A DNA stretch of 64,000 nt from Octopus sinensis (GCF_006345805.1 NC_043014.1:42160001-42224000), one strand, 5' to 3'. Shown: positions 51,184 through 63,561, counted from the stretch's first letter. The notes: a model not told the origin generated them from the sequence alone. Made by a program: numbers and translations.

Positions 51184-51660
51184 ACATCATCATCATCGTC
51201 GTCGTCGTTTAACGTCCGTTTTCTATGCTAGCATGAGTTGGACGGTTCGACTGGGGTCTGGGAAGCCAGGAGGCTGCACCAGGCCCAGTCTGATCTGGCA
51301 GTGTTTCTACAGCTGGATGCCCTTCCTAACGCCAACCACTCCGTGAGTGTAGTGGGTGCTTTTTACGTGCCACCGGCACAGGTGCCAGGCGAGGCTGGCA
51401 ATGGTCACGATCTGTTGGTGCTTTTTACGTGCCACCGGCACGGGGGCCAGGCGTGGCTGGCAACAGCCACGATCGGTTGGTGCTTCTTACGTGCCACCGG
51501 CACGGGGGCCAGGCGTGGCTGGCAACGGCCACGATCGGTTGGTGCATTTTACGTGCCACCGGCACGGAGACCGGTAGGGGCGGTGCTGGCAACGGCCACG
51601 ATTGGATGGTGCTTTTTATGTGCCACCGGCACTGGTATCACAACTACAATTTCCATTGAT
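51184..51660 (-). mobile_element. RTE-like 3'-end element with ~62-bp internal tandem repeat (about 4.5 copies, 51355-51630)
   Basis: Unit GGTGCTTTTACGTGCCACCGGCACGGGGGCCAGGCGTGGCTGGCAACGGCCACGATCGGTT. Confidence 0.75.
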
Positions 51661-51949
51661 GTTTGAGCGATTTCGAATGAGCGATTACGAATGGGCAAAA
51701 CTTCAAATAAGATGCCATTTTAGATATTCGTTTATTCTTTTACTTGTTTCAGTCACTTCACTGCGACCATGCTGGAGCACCGCCTTTTTAGTCAAAGAAA
51801 TCGACCCCTGGACTTATTCTCCTTTAGGCTGTTACTTTTTCTATTGGTTTCTTTTGCAGAATCGCAAAGATAGTATAAAAAATAGTCATACTTTGTTGAC
51901 AGTATATAAATAATACTTACTTAATATTTACGACTAATAATACGTTAAT

Positions 51950-52266
51950 TAGCTGGCCTTCCATTGGTTATGATGACGAGGGTTCCAGTTGATCCGATCA
52001 GCAGAACAGTCTGCATGTGAAATTAACATGTATGTGGCTGAGCACTCCACAGACACATGTATCCTTAATCTAGTTTGCAGAGACAGTCAACGTGACACAC
52101 AGTGTGACAAGGCAGGCTCTTTTGAAATACAGGTACAACTCATTTTCCAGTGGACTGGAAAAATGTGAAATAAAATGTTTCGCTTAAGGATACAGCGCAT
52201 TGGCAGGAATTGAACTTACAACCTTATGATCATGAGCTGAATACCCTAACAACTAAGCCACGCGTC
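51950..52266 (-). mobile_element. Chimeric SINE: SINE-D head + SINE-C variant-1 tail (decayed)
   Basis: Tail matches 30950-31090; head matches 6522-6660. Confidence 0.6.
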
Positions 52267-52301
52267 TTCACTACGCTATGCTAATATTAATATTAATATA
52301 A

Positions 52302-52740
52302 GGTGGCGAGCTGGCAGAATTGTTAGCATGCTGGGCAAAATGTTTAGTGGTATTTTGTCTGCCGTTACGTTCTGAGTTCAAATTCCGCCGCGGTCAACTT
52401 TGCCTGTCATCCTTTCGGGGTCGATTAAATATGTACCAGTTACGCACTGGACCCCGAATGGATGAAAGGCAAAGTCGACCTCAGCGGAATTTGAACTCAG
52501 AACATAACGGCAGACGAAATACCTATTTCTTTACTACTCACAAGGGGCTAAACACAGAGAGGACAAACAAGGAGAGACAAACGGATTAAGTCGATTATAT
52601 CGATTCCAGTTAGTAACTGGTTCTTAATTTATCGACCCCGAAAGGATGAAAGGCGAAGTCGTTCTCGGCGGAATTTGAACTCATAACGTAACGGCAGACG
52701 AAATACGACTTAGCTAACGTTTCTGCCAGCTCGCCACCTT
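52302..52740. mobile_element. Fold-back SINE-B pair (+ 52302-52450, - 52451-52740)
   Basis: Orientation flips at GCACTGG|ACCCCG; the minus side has a tail|GGTATTTCG junction at ~52525. Confidence 0.82.
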
Positions 52741-53384
52741 ATGCCTGAGTATATAATGCTATGGTAATTTGAATGCATTGAGCTGAAAAACAAACATCAA
52801 GGGGGAAAAAAACGATCTGTTTCTTTTCCATGATATATTGCGTATTCAAATACATGATAGCTATATCTCATATCGGTCATTTATTAAACACATGTTTAAC
52901 TAAATTAATATGCTGCCTCTGTATCTGATTATTTATATTAAATAATGTATTTACAGTAAACGCTAAACAATTCATATATGTATAATGAAATATCTCGCAA
53001 TTTATTACCTATTAAAAATAATATAATATAATAAAGGTGATGCGGAAACGAATTCAATAATATATTTCCATATGTTTATATATGAATAAAAAAACAATGA
53101 ATTATTTCGGGTCAATAAAGTGTCTGCAGTGATCAGAGTGAAGGGAGGTAACTTGCAATATAGCGCTCTTTTCTAGGTTTTGGCGCAGTGGATGGGCGGG
53201 TCGTTTCATGGTTATTATTGTTGTATGTGTAGCCCCCAGGACAGCCCCGATTCAGCTTGCCTATGATCAAGACATTCCAGCCATGACCACCCCATTTTGT
53301 TGTCTATCTAGCACCAGACTGAAAGAAACAGCCAAACTATATGTTGTGTGTGTTTAAGTGTATATTCTTTCTTTCTTTCTTTTC

Positions 53385-53785
53385 TTTTGCTTGTTTCAGT
53401 CAGTTGACTGCGGCCATGCTGGAGCACCGCCTTTAGTCGAGCAAATCGACCCCGGGACTTATTCTTTGTAAGCCCAGTACTTTTTCTATCGGTCTCTTTT
53501 GCCGAACCACTAAGTTATGGGGACGTAAACACACCAGCATCGGTTGTCAAGCAATGCTAGGGAGACAAACACAGACACACAAACATACACACACATACAT
53601 ATATATATATATACATATATACGACAGGCTTTTTTCACTTTCCGTCTACCAAATCCACTCACAAGGCACTGGTCGGCCCGGGGCTATAGTAGAAGACACT
53701 TGCCCAAGATGCCCCGCAGTGGGACTGAACTCGGAACCATGTGGTTGGTTAGCAAGCTACTTACCACACAGCCATTCCTGCACCT
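53385..53785 (-). mobile_element. SINE-A, full length
   Basis: All segments present. Confidence 0.88.
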
Positions 53786-54176
53786 ATAATATTGATTTCA
53801 CATTTTGGCATTAGGCCAGCAATTTCGAGCCCCAGGGAATGGGTATGGGGTGGGTAAGTCGATTATATTGACCCCAGTGCTCAGCTGGTACTTACTTGCT
53901 ACCTCAACCCCGAAAGGGACGAAAGACAAAGTCGACCTCAGCAGAATTAGAACCCAGAACATAAAAAAAAACGGACAACATCTCACTCAACATTTTTGTC
54001 CAACATGCTTACGACTCTGCCAGCTTGCAGCCTTAAGTGTGTATATAATATTCATGTTGACTTATACAGCCATCAATCCTTTTTCTCTTCCGACTATTAT
54101 TGGGAAGGACATGGGGTGGAGGTAGGGGAAATACCTCGGGCATCTTCTTCACAGGGTCCTGTATATTTTTGGTTAC

Positions 54177-54584
54177 TCTTTTACTTGTTTCAGTCATTTG
54201 ACTGCGGCCATGCTGGAGCACCACCTTTAGTCGAGCAAATCGAACCCAGGACTTATCCTTTGTAAGCCTAGTACTTATTCTATCAGTCTGTTTTGCCGAA
54301 CCGCTAAGTTACGGGGACGTAAACACACCAGCATCGGTTGTCAAGCGATGTTGGGTGGGGGGGACAAACACAGACACACAAACATATACACTCACATACA
54401 TATATATATATACGACGAGCTTCTTTCAGTTTCTGTCTACCAAATCCACTCGCAAGGCTTTGGTCGGCCCGAGGCTATAGGTAGAAGACACTTGCCCAAA
54501 GTGCCACGCAGTGGGACTGAACCCGGAACCATACCATGTGGTTGGTAAGCAAGCTACTTACCACACAGCCACTCCTGCGCCTAT
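54177..54584 (-). mobile_element. SINE-A, full length, with its 5' end amplified as the adjacent minisatellite
   Basis: All segments present. Confidence 0.88.
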
Positions 54585-55244
54585 AGCAAGCTACTTACCA
54601 CACAGCCACTCCTGCGCCTATAGCAAGCTACTTACCACACAGCCACTCCTGCGCCTATAGCAAGCTACTTACCACACAGCCACTCCTGCGCCTATAGCAA
54701 GCTACTTACCACACAGCCACTCCTGCGCCTATAGCAAGCTACTTACCACACAGCCACTCCTGCGCCTATAGCAAGCTACTTACCACACAGCCACTCCTGC
54801 GCCTATAGCAAGCTACTTACCACACAGCCACTCCTGCGCCTATAGCAAGCTACTTACCACACAGCCACTCCTGCGCCTATAGCAAGCTACTTACCACACA
54901 GCCACTCCTGCGCCTATAGCAAGCTACTTACCACACAGCCACTCCTGCGCCTATAGCAAGCTACTTACCACACAGCCACTCCTGCGCCTATAGCAAGCTA
55001 CTTACCACACAGCCACTCCTGCGCCTATAGCAAGCTACTTACCACACAGCCACTCCTGCGCCTATAGCAAGCTACTTACCACGCAGCCACTCCTGCGCCT
55101 ATAGCAAGCTACTTACCACACAGCCACTCCTGCGCCTATAGCAAGCTACTTACCACACAGCCACTCCTGCGCCTATAGCAAGCTACTTACCACACAGCCA
55201 CTCCTGCGCCTATAGCAAGCTACTTACCACGCAGCCACTCCTGC
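54548..55244 (-). repeat. 37-bp minisatellite, ~19 near-perfect copies of the SINE-A first 37 nt
   Basis: AGCAAGCTACTTACCACACAGCCACTCCTGCGCCTAT from 54548 to 55214 at period 37; two units carry ACGC. Confidence 0.97.
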
Positions 55245-55259
55245 TAGCTAATTTCTGAG

Positions 55260-55555
55260 AAATTTAATTCACTAGGTAGATGCCACTGATGATCTCCTGT
55301 AATATTTCCATTTCTTTTCTTCATCAGTTGTTAGTTGTCGGAGCACTGCATCCTTCAAAACTTCCATGCTTTCTGAGATTCGCCAACACCACACTGATTT
55401 TCTCCCCTCCATACACACACAAGCATGTATCTGACTCATACATTGTTCGCTTTCCAGACATTTGTACATTGCTGCATGTATTTTATACGCACTTTCTGAC
55501 AAGATGTGGTGCACCTAAGCACTGTATACAATAATTTCATTATTATTATTATTAT
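55260..55555 (+). mobile_element. LINE 3' fragment (CR1/L2-like) ending in (ATT)n
   Basis: End GTGCACCTAAGCACTGTATACAAT...(ATT)n shared with 48085-48140. Confidence 0.5.
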
Positions 55556-55652
55556 ATTTTTTAAATATATTGTGTTTATAAGTGTGCACATAATAATATT
55601 CACATTGATGTTTACATTGTATCCTATTTTTTTTTTCTTTTATTTTTTCTAG

Positions 55653-56210
55653 GTTATTTCTGAGGAATATAATTCATTAGGGAACCGTGTGTTTCGCTGC
55701 TTCCGTCACTACATCAGTGGTTCTCGGCACATTTGGCTCAAGGGAGATTACGTTGACCCTTCGATGCAATGTGAGCCAAGCGGAAACTACAGCCGGAAAG
55801 ACAGAGAGTCGGACGAGGAGAATAACCAAATATCTGTGATGAAACCAACTGATTCAAAACTGAACGGTTGTCCTTTAGATGAAGTGGTCAGCAACACAGA
55901 AGAGGCCAAATCTAAAGCAGACCAAACGGAAGATGATGAAGCACAAAGATTAGATCATATAGCATCACAAGACATTGACAATCAAACGAAACAAAACTAT
56001 ACAGAGGGTGATGAACTGGCCGAGTATTCCGAATCAGTTCAAGAGAAATACAAGACTCCGAAACGGTCTCGGAAGTTGAGGCCCCTGTGTGCCAGCAAAC
56101 TGAAAAGAGATCGAAAGTCTAGGAAAAGGAAACGTAATTTGTTTTCCAACGAAGAACCAAGTCGAAAGAAAGCTTGTGGGAAACTCACATACGACACAGT
56201 TGCTTCATGA
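55653..56210 (+). CDS. Terminal exon of the retropepsin-like gene (phase 0 to stop)
   Basis: Long polypyrimidine tract + TAG acceptor; VISEEYNSLGNRVFRCFRHYISGSRHIWLKG..., then an acidic linker and basic clusters, TGA at 56208-56210. Confidence 0.85.
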   Translation, partial: VISEEYNSLGNRVFRCFRHYISGSRHIWLKGDYVDPSMQCEPSGNYSRKDRESDEENNQISVMKPTDSKLNGCPLDEVVSNTEEAKSKADQTEDDEAQRLDHIASQDIDNQTKQNYTEGDELAEYSESVQEKYKTPKRSRKLRPLCASKLKRDRKSRKRKRNLFSNEEPSRKKACGKLTYDTVAS

Positions 56211-57399
56211 TGTTTCATGAATGTTTGAAAACCGAAACATTTGTAATGCCACCATTTTTGGAAGAATTACTATTTTATATATTTATCATTTTTTTTTTTT
56301 TTTAACTTACAGCATTTGATGGCATAAAAGACATATGGACACATATTAGATCAGCAGCTTTCAACTGGGGTCCAAATGGCCCATGACGGTCCATATGGTG
56401 TGCAAGGGTCCATATAAGATTTCGGTGGGGCCCACACAACAAAATTGTAAATTAGGGGTCCACACAACAAAATTATAAATCAGCAGCTTTCAACTGGGGT
56501 CCAAATGGCCCGTGAGAGTCCATATTGTGTGCAAGGGTTCATATAAGATTTTGGTGGGGTCCACGCAACAAAATTGTAAATTAAGGGTCCACACAACAAA
56601 ATTGTAAACTAGGGGCCCACACAACAAAATTGTAAATTAGGGGTCCACACGACAAAATTGTAAATTAGGGGTCCACAAAAGTATTTTAAGGGCCCCTGAA
56701 AAAATTTTGCTTTTGATTTATGTATTGGTATGTATTGCAAGAAAAAGCTGGGTTTCTTTCTTTAATGTTTTACAGAGTTCAAACTACACGAGTTAATATG
56801 TGGGTCCATATAAGATTTTGGCTGGGCCCACACAACAAAATTGTAAATTAGGGGTCCACACAACAAAATTGAAAATTAGGGGCCCACACAACAAAATTGT
56901 AAATTAGGGGTCCACACGACAAAATTGTAATTAGGGGTCCACAAAAGTATTTTAAGGGCCCCTGAAAAAATTTTGCTTTTGATTTATGTATTGGTATGTA
57001 TTGCAAGAAAAAGCTGGGTTTCTTTCTTTAATGTTTTACAGAGTTCAAACTACACGAGTTAATATGTGGGTCCATATAAGATTTTGGCTGGGCCCACACA
57101 ACAAAATTGTAAATTAGGGGTCCACACAACAAAATTGAAAATTAGGGGTCCACACAACAAAATTGTAAATTAGGGGTCCACAAAAGTATTTTAAGGGCCC
57201 CTGAAAAAATTTTGCTTTTGATTTATGTATTGGTATGTATTGCAAGAAAAAGCTGGGTTTCTTTCTTTAATGTTTTACAGAGTTCAAACTACACGAGTTA
57301 ATGTGTGGAAAGCAAAATAGGAATTTTGAAAGAAGTTTCTATAAAACTAGTTATTAAACATCGAATGGCTATGATAGGGTCCACCAAAATAAAATAGTA

Positions 57400-58930
57400 A
57401 TCAAAGGGGTCCAGAGACCAGAAATAGTTGAGAACCCCTGCTTTAGATGTATGTATTGGTATGTATTGAAAGAAACAGCTGGGTTTTTTTTCTCTTACAT
57501 TTTACATAGCTCAACCTACACAATAGAAATTTTGAAAGGAGTTTCTATAAAACTAGTTTTTAAATGTCAAATGGCTATGAAGGGTCCACCAGAATAAAAT
57601 AATAATGAAAGGGGTTCAGAGACCAGAAATAGTTGAGAACCCCTGCTTTAGATGTATGTATTGAAAGAAACAGCTGGGGTTTTTTCTCTTACATTTTACA
57701 TAGCTCAACCTACACAATAGAAATTTTGGAAGGAGTTTCTATAAAACTAGTTTTTAAATGTCAAATGGCTATGAAGGGTCCACCAGAATAAAATAATAAT
57801 GAAAGGGGTCCAGAGACCAGAAATAGTTGGGAACCCCTGCTTTAGATGTATGTATTGGTATGTATTGCAAGAAACAGCTGGGTTTTTTTCTCTTACATTT
57901 TACATAGCTCAACCTACACAATAGAAATTTTGGAAGGAGTTTCTATAAAACTAGTTTTTAAATGTCAAATGGCTATGAAGGGTCCACCAGAATAAAATAA
58001 TAATGAAAGGGGTCCAGAGACCAGAAATAGTTGGGAACCCCTGCTTTAGATGTATGTATTGGTATGTATTGCAAGAAACAGCTGGGGTTTTTTTCTCTTA
58101 CATTTTACATAGCTCAACCTACACAATAGAAATTTTGGAAGGAGTTTCTATAAAACTAGTTTTTAAATGTCAAATGGCTATGAAGGGTCTACCAGAATAA
58201 AATAATAATGAAAGGGGTCCAGAGACCAGAAATAGTTGGGAACCCCTGCTTTAGATGTATGTATTGGTATATATTACAAGACACAGCTGGGTTTTTTCTC
58301 TTACATTTTACATAGCTCAACCTACACAATAGAAATTTTGGAAGGAGTTTCTATAAAACTAGTTTTTAAATGTCAAATGGCTATGAAGGGTCCACCAGAA
58401 TAAAATAATAATGAAAGGGGTCCAGAGACCAGAAATAGTTGAGAACCCCTGCTTTAGATGTATGTATTGAAAGAAACAGCTGGGTTTTTTCCTCTTACAT
58501 TTTACATAGCTCAACCTACACAATAGAAATTTTGAAAGGAGTTTCTATAAAACTAGTTATTAAACATCGAATGGCTACAGAGGTCCACTAGAATAAAATA
58601 GTGATCAAAGGGATCCAGAGACCAGAAATAGTTGAGAACCCCTGCTTTAGATGTATGTATTGGTATGTATTGAAAGAAACAGCTGGGGTTTTTTCTCTTA
58701 CATTTTACATAGCTCAACCTACACAATAGAAATTTTGGAAGGAGTTTCTATAAAACTAGTTTTTAAATGTCAAATGGCTATGAAGGGTCCACCAGAATAA
58801 AATAATAATGAAAGGAGTCCAGAGACCAGAAATAGTTGGTAACCACTGCTTTAGATGTATGTATTGGTATATATTACATGAAACAGCTGGGTTTTTTTCT
58901 CTTACATTTTACCTAGTTCAACCTACACAA
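57400..58930. repeat. ~193-205-bp satellite built from the hAT right end (about 8 copies)
   Basis: GAAATAGTTG at 57421, 57626, 57820, 58024, 58229, 58432, 58625, 58829. Confidence 0.92.
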
Positions 58931-58991
58931 GAGAATGTGTGAAAAACGAAATAGGAATCTTGAAAGAAGTTTCTATAAAACTAGTTATTAA

Positions 58992-59211
58992 CCCTTTCGT
59001 TACTGTATTTATTTTGAGATCCTCTGTATTTCTTTCAATTGCTTTAAATATTACAAAGAATTTAGTAAAATAACTTGGCTATCATTAAGCTAGTGTTAGA
59101 AACATAAATTGTGACTAAGGTTTTGTGGAAGATTTTAATTCAAAACTTATGAAAACAAGACATTTGTACTCAGAGCCAGAGCCAGTTTTAGCCAGGTTGG
59201 TAACAAAAGGG
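58992..59211. mobile_element. piggyBac-like MITE
   Basis: TTAA duplicated (58988-58991, 59212-59215); TIRs CCCTTTCGTTAC / GTAACAAAAGGG; the empty-site sequence TTATTAAACATCG is present at ~57352 and ~58557. Confidence 0.88.
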
Positions 59212-60094
59212 TTAAACATCGAATGGCTACGGTGGTCCACCAGAATAAAATAAAAATCAAGGGGGTCCATAGGTAAAAAATAGTTGAGAAACACTATTAG
59301 CTGAACATCACTTTCAGCTACACGTATTCAGGGAAGATAAAAAAAAAAGCAGTTTTAATACATTAACACATATAAAATAAAAATCTAGGCCCAACTTCAG
59401 ATAAGATCTAAGGGGATTTTCTGAGGCATTTTCTTTAATTTTTTTTTTTTTTTTTGTAAAAGATGTGTATCTTATTTAACATCAAATACTCTACTTTTTA
59501 GTTTATTTGAAAACATCCTCAAAATATTTTTTTTCCAAAATCTGTTTTATAAATCTTTTCTTCTTTTTGTTATTCGAGAAGTTTACAAAAAGCAGCAAGA
59601 AGATTTTTTTTTTTTCATCCTTCCACATTTAAATCTCACCAGAGTTGATAAATTACAAACCTATAAAACTACAGAGCCAGTTTGATCAACATTGCTCCCC
59701 ACATCACCTTCCATATACAAATTGGTACAATGTCATATCAAGGCTGATCAATCATTTAAGTGTTCAATACTTATGTAGAACATATCTCCTATTTTCTTTT
59801 TATCAGAAAAAACTGAAATTTATGTTTCTAAAGATTTATGTTTGTTAAGATTTTTTTTATTTTGTATTTATTTATTTATTATTTATTTAGCATTTCTAAA
59901 TTTTTATTAAACTTGTTAAATTCTAATATTTTATTTTCACAATGTGACCATATATGGCAGTAAAATCTTAAAATCTTGGATTTTTTAAAGAAGTTTTATT
60001 TTATTTTCTATTTTTATTTTCGTTTTTATTTTTTATTACCAAAGCACTTCATACTCCCTGCATTTTTAGGATTTCATTTATTTTATAATAATAA

Positions 60095-60317
60095 TAATAA
60101 TAATAAATTTCTACTATAGACACAAGGCCTGGAATTTTGAGGGAAGGGACCAGTCGACTACATCGACCCCAGTGTTTCACTGGTACTTAATTTATCAACT
60201 CCGAAAGGATGAAAGGCAAAGTCAACTTTGGTGGAATTTGAACTCGAAATTTAGCAACAGGCCAACTACCACTAATCATTTTGCCCATCATGCTAACAAT
60301 TCTGCCAGCTCACCATC

Positions 60318-60330
<13 letters not shown>
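60095..60330 (-). mobile_element. SINE-B with (ATT)n-type tail
   Basis: Head at ~60300-60320; tail GGCCTTGTGTCTATAGTAGAAATT(ATT)n. Confidence 0.8.
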
Positions 60331-60365
<35 letters not shown>

Positions 60366-61011
60366 TGTACAAAACCAGATATATGGTACCCTAGGCATAA
60401 CACCAACATGAACTTTCAACATGTTGTCTCTTGAGGTATCTGGGTGAGACTTGGAGTCAACTTGTACAAATGTAAAGCAAAAGTCAAACATAAAATAATA
60501 GTAATAATCCTTTCTGACATTTCTGGGGAAGGGACTAGTCAATTACAGTGCATAATTGGTACTTAATTTATTGACCCAAAAAGGATGAAAGCCAAGGCAT
60601 TTGAACTCAGAACATGAAGACAGACAATAATGATAATAATAGCAAGAGCACTCAGGGAGCACAAACCTCTGCCAAGGCAACACCAATGTCCTCTCAATGT
60701 TTAGCCAGAAATTATTTTCAAAATGAGAATATCTGAAATAAATTCAACTGCTCTCACAAACGAGAATAGTAAAAACGAACCTGACTGCTCTCAATAATTA
60801 AGTAAAAAACCAGAAAAATAATCCAGAATCCTTGTCTGGTACTGGATCGGTGCCAAAATTTAATCAGTTCATGTCAGTCATTAGGCCAAACATCCCTGAA
60901 AGTTTCATCTGAATCCATCAGGCAGTTCTTGAGATATCTTGTCTATGGACAAACAAGCAAACAAACACGACTGAAAACAATACCTTCACCTTTGCTAAGG
61001 TGGAGGTAATA

Positions 61012-61397
61012 ATGGTGATGATGATGTATGGCAGAAATGTTGAATGAAAAATGGTGATGATGATAATGACGGCAATAATAATGATGATGATGACAATAAT
61101 GATGATGGTGATGATGATGACAATTATGATGATGACAATTATGATGATGATGACAGTAATGATGATGGTGATGATGATGATGACGATGACAATAATGATG
61201 ATGGTGATGATAATGATGACAATTATGATGGTGATGATGATGACGATGATGATTATGATGACAATGATGATGATGACAATGATGATGATGATGATGACGA
61301 CATTGATAATGATGGTGATGATGATGATTATGACGATGATGATGGTGTTAATAATGATGATGATCATGATGATGATGATCATGATGATAATGATAAG
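61012..61397. repeat. Degenerate (GAT)n trinucleotide tract
   Basis: GAT/GAC/AAT triplets over ~385 bp. Confidence 0.92.
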
Positions 61398-61669
61398 ATT
61401 TCTTACAAATGGCAATTCTATTGACTCAACATCAGACAGACAACTAAAGAGTGCTTATCCTTGCAAGCTTTGTGCAAAAACCCCAAAATCTGGCAGTGAG
61501 ACACCCACCCATTAGACTTAAACCTCACCATGGCCAATACCACCACCTACCTTACTTCCAACTTCAAATCAGGTCTGCAATATCTTACTATTGTTGTTGT
61601 TGAGTTAGACTGGCCAGCGCCTCCCCCCCCCCCAGTATCCACTACCCTTTGACATCTTTGACACAGAGG

Positions 61670-61836
61670 AGTAGGAGTGGCTGTGTGGTAAGTAGCTTGC
61701 TTACGAAGCACATGGTTCCGGGTTCAGTCCCACTGCGTGACACCTTGGGCAAGTGTCTTCTACTATAGCCTCGGGCTGACCAAAGCCACGTGAGTGGATT
61801 TGGTAGACGGAAACTGAAAGAAGCCCATCATATATA

Positions 61837-61919
<83 letters not shown>

Positions 61920-61932
61920 GTAGGTATGTATA

Positions 61933-61985
<53 letters not shown>

Positions 61986-61998
61986 GTAGGTATGTATA

Positions 61999-62045
<47 letters not shown>

Positions 62046-62052
62046 ATGTATG

Positions 62053-62083
<31 letters not shown>

Positions 62084-62295
62084 ATATGTTTGTGTGTCTG
62101 TGTTTGTCCCCCCAACATCGCTTGACAACCGATGTTGGTGTGTTTACATCCCTGTAACCTAGTGGTTCAACAAAAGAGACTGATAGAATAAGTACTAGGC
62201 TTACAAAGAATAAGTCCTGGGGTCGATTTGCTCGGCTAAAGGCGATGCCCCAGCATGGCCACAGTCCTACGACTGAAACAAGTAAACAAGTAAAA
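61670..62295 (+). mobile_element. SINE-A with a ~280-bp expanded internal microsatellite
   Basis: Head 61670-61830, (TA)/(TG) 61830-62095, tail to 62295. Confidence 0.88.
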
Positions 62296-62679
62296 GAGAG
62301 GTTACTGACAGGTCATGTGACCACATAGAGGCTCCTTCATTGGTTTGTAAAGAGAAAGTTTTATCAGTTAGATATATCATCTTGTCAATGTTATCAAAAC
62401 AATGTATTATATAATAGTTATTTGTTAAAAAATTTTTTTTTAAAAAGGTTTCCTTTTAATCTTTTAGTGAGGAGGGAAAGCAATGTGGGTGACCCTTTAC
62501 AGGGTCTCCCAAAAAAGTGTTGGGAGAGAGGGAGGTATCCTAAAACTAAAGCCATGGCCCTAAGTGTTTGCAACAGAATGGACTCTGGTAGTGGCGGGAA
62601 AACTGAGGTTAAATATCTATCTATCAGTCTGTTCATAATATATATATATATAATAAATAAATAAATGTGCCCTTTTTAA

Positions 62680-62910
62680 AGCCTAGCCAGGCTCATGGGC
62701 TCGGTTTCCTGGTTTCTATAGCGTATGTGTGTACCCCAGCTGGACGGGACGCCAGTGCATCGCAGCGTTACTCATTTTTGCCAGCTGAGTGGACTGGAGC
62801 AACATGAAATGAAGTGTTTTGCTCAAAAACACAACACATCGCCCAGTCTAGGAATCGAAACCACAATCTTACAATCATGATGCTGACACCCTAACCACTA
62901 AGCCATGCGC
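62680..62910 (-). mobile_element. Chimeric SINE: SINE-D head + SINE-C variant-2 tail
   Basis: Reverse complement GCGCATGGCTTAGTGGTTAGGG...GCAAAACACTTCATTTCATGTTGCTCCAG...GGCGTCCCGTCCAG...GAAACCAGGAAACCG. Confidence 0.7.
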
Positions 62911-62912
62911 TT

Positions 62913-62947
<35 letters not shown>

Positions 62948-62948
62948 C

Positions 62949-62979
<31 letters not shown>

Positions 62980-63254
62980 CAGGGGTAGGTGCAAAAGTAG
63001 GTATACACTAAACTTCACATCAATCTTACAATATTTAATTCATTAAAATTATTAGTCCATTACATTACATTACAACTAAGTACATTAGTCAGCTTCATTT
63101 TCGATATTTTCTGTGCCATTAAGCCTAATAATATATTCATCATAACTATAATAATACTTTTATCGTAACTTTTAATTTTGTTTTCTGATGAAAATAAATA
63201 AGTATTGTACATGTTTTTTTTACATAACTGTATACCTACTTCTGCACCACCCTG
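62980..63254. mobile_element. Tc1/mariner-like MITE
   Basis: TIRs CAGGGGTAGGTGCAAAAGTAGGTATACA / TGTATACCTACTTCTGCACCACCCTG; TA on the left flank. Confidence 0.78.
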
Positions 63255-63266
63255 TGTGTGTATGTA

Positions 63267-63304
<38 letters not shown>

Positions 63305-63308
<4 letters not shown>

Positions 63309-63436
63309 AAGGGTATCCAGCAGTAGAAACTCTGCCAGATCAAGATTGAAGCCTGGTGCAGCCATCTGGTTCGCCAGCCCTCAGTCAAATCGTCCAACCC
63401 ATGATAGCATGGAAAGCGGACGTTAAACGATGATGG
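63305..63436 (+). mobile_element. RTE-like 3' tail fragment
   Basis: AGGAAGGGTATCCAGC...GCGGACGTTAAACGATGATG. Confidence 0.7.
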
Positions 63437-63472
63437 TTATATATATATATATATACACACAAACACACATAT

Positions 63473-63503
<31 letters not shown>

Positions 63504-63561
63504 GCACACACACACATATCTATCTATCTATCTATATATATATATATCTATATATCTATAT

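Larger units (their letters stand above)
56352..59297. mobile_element. hAT (Charlie-like) non-autonomous element with internal tandem amplifications
   Basis: Left end CAGCAGCTTTCAACTGGGG preceded by TATTAGAT; right TIR AGTTGAGAACCCCTG followed by CTTTAGAT; ~29-bp internal repeats CACACAACAAAATTGTAAATTAGGGGTC. Confidence 0.7.

Noticed and set aside
54548-55244. CRISPR-like 37-bp repeat array
   Set aside because: No spacers, eukaryotic context, and the unit is the SINE-A 5' end.
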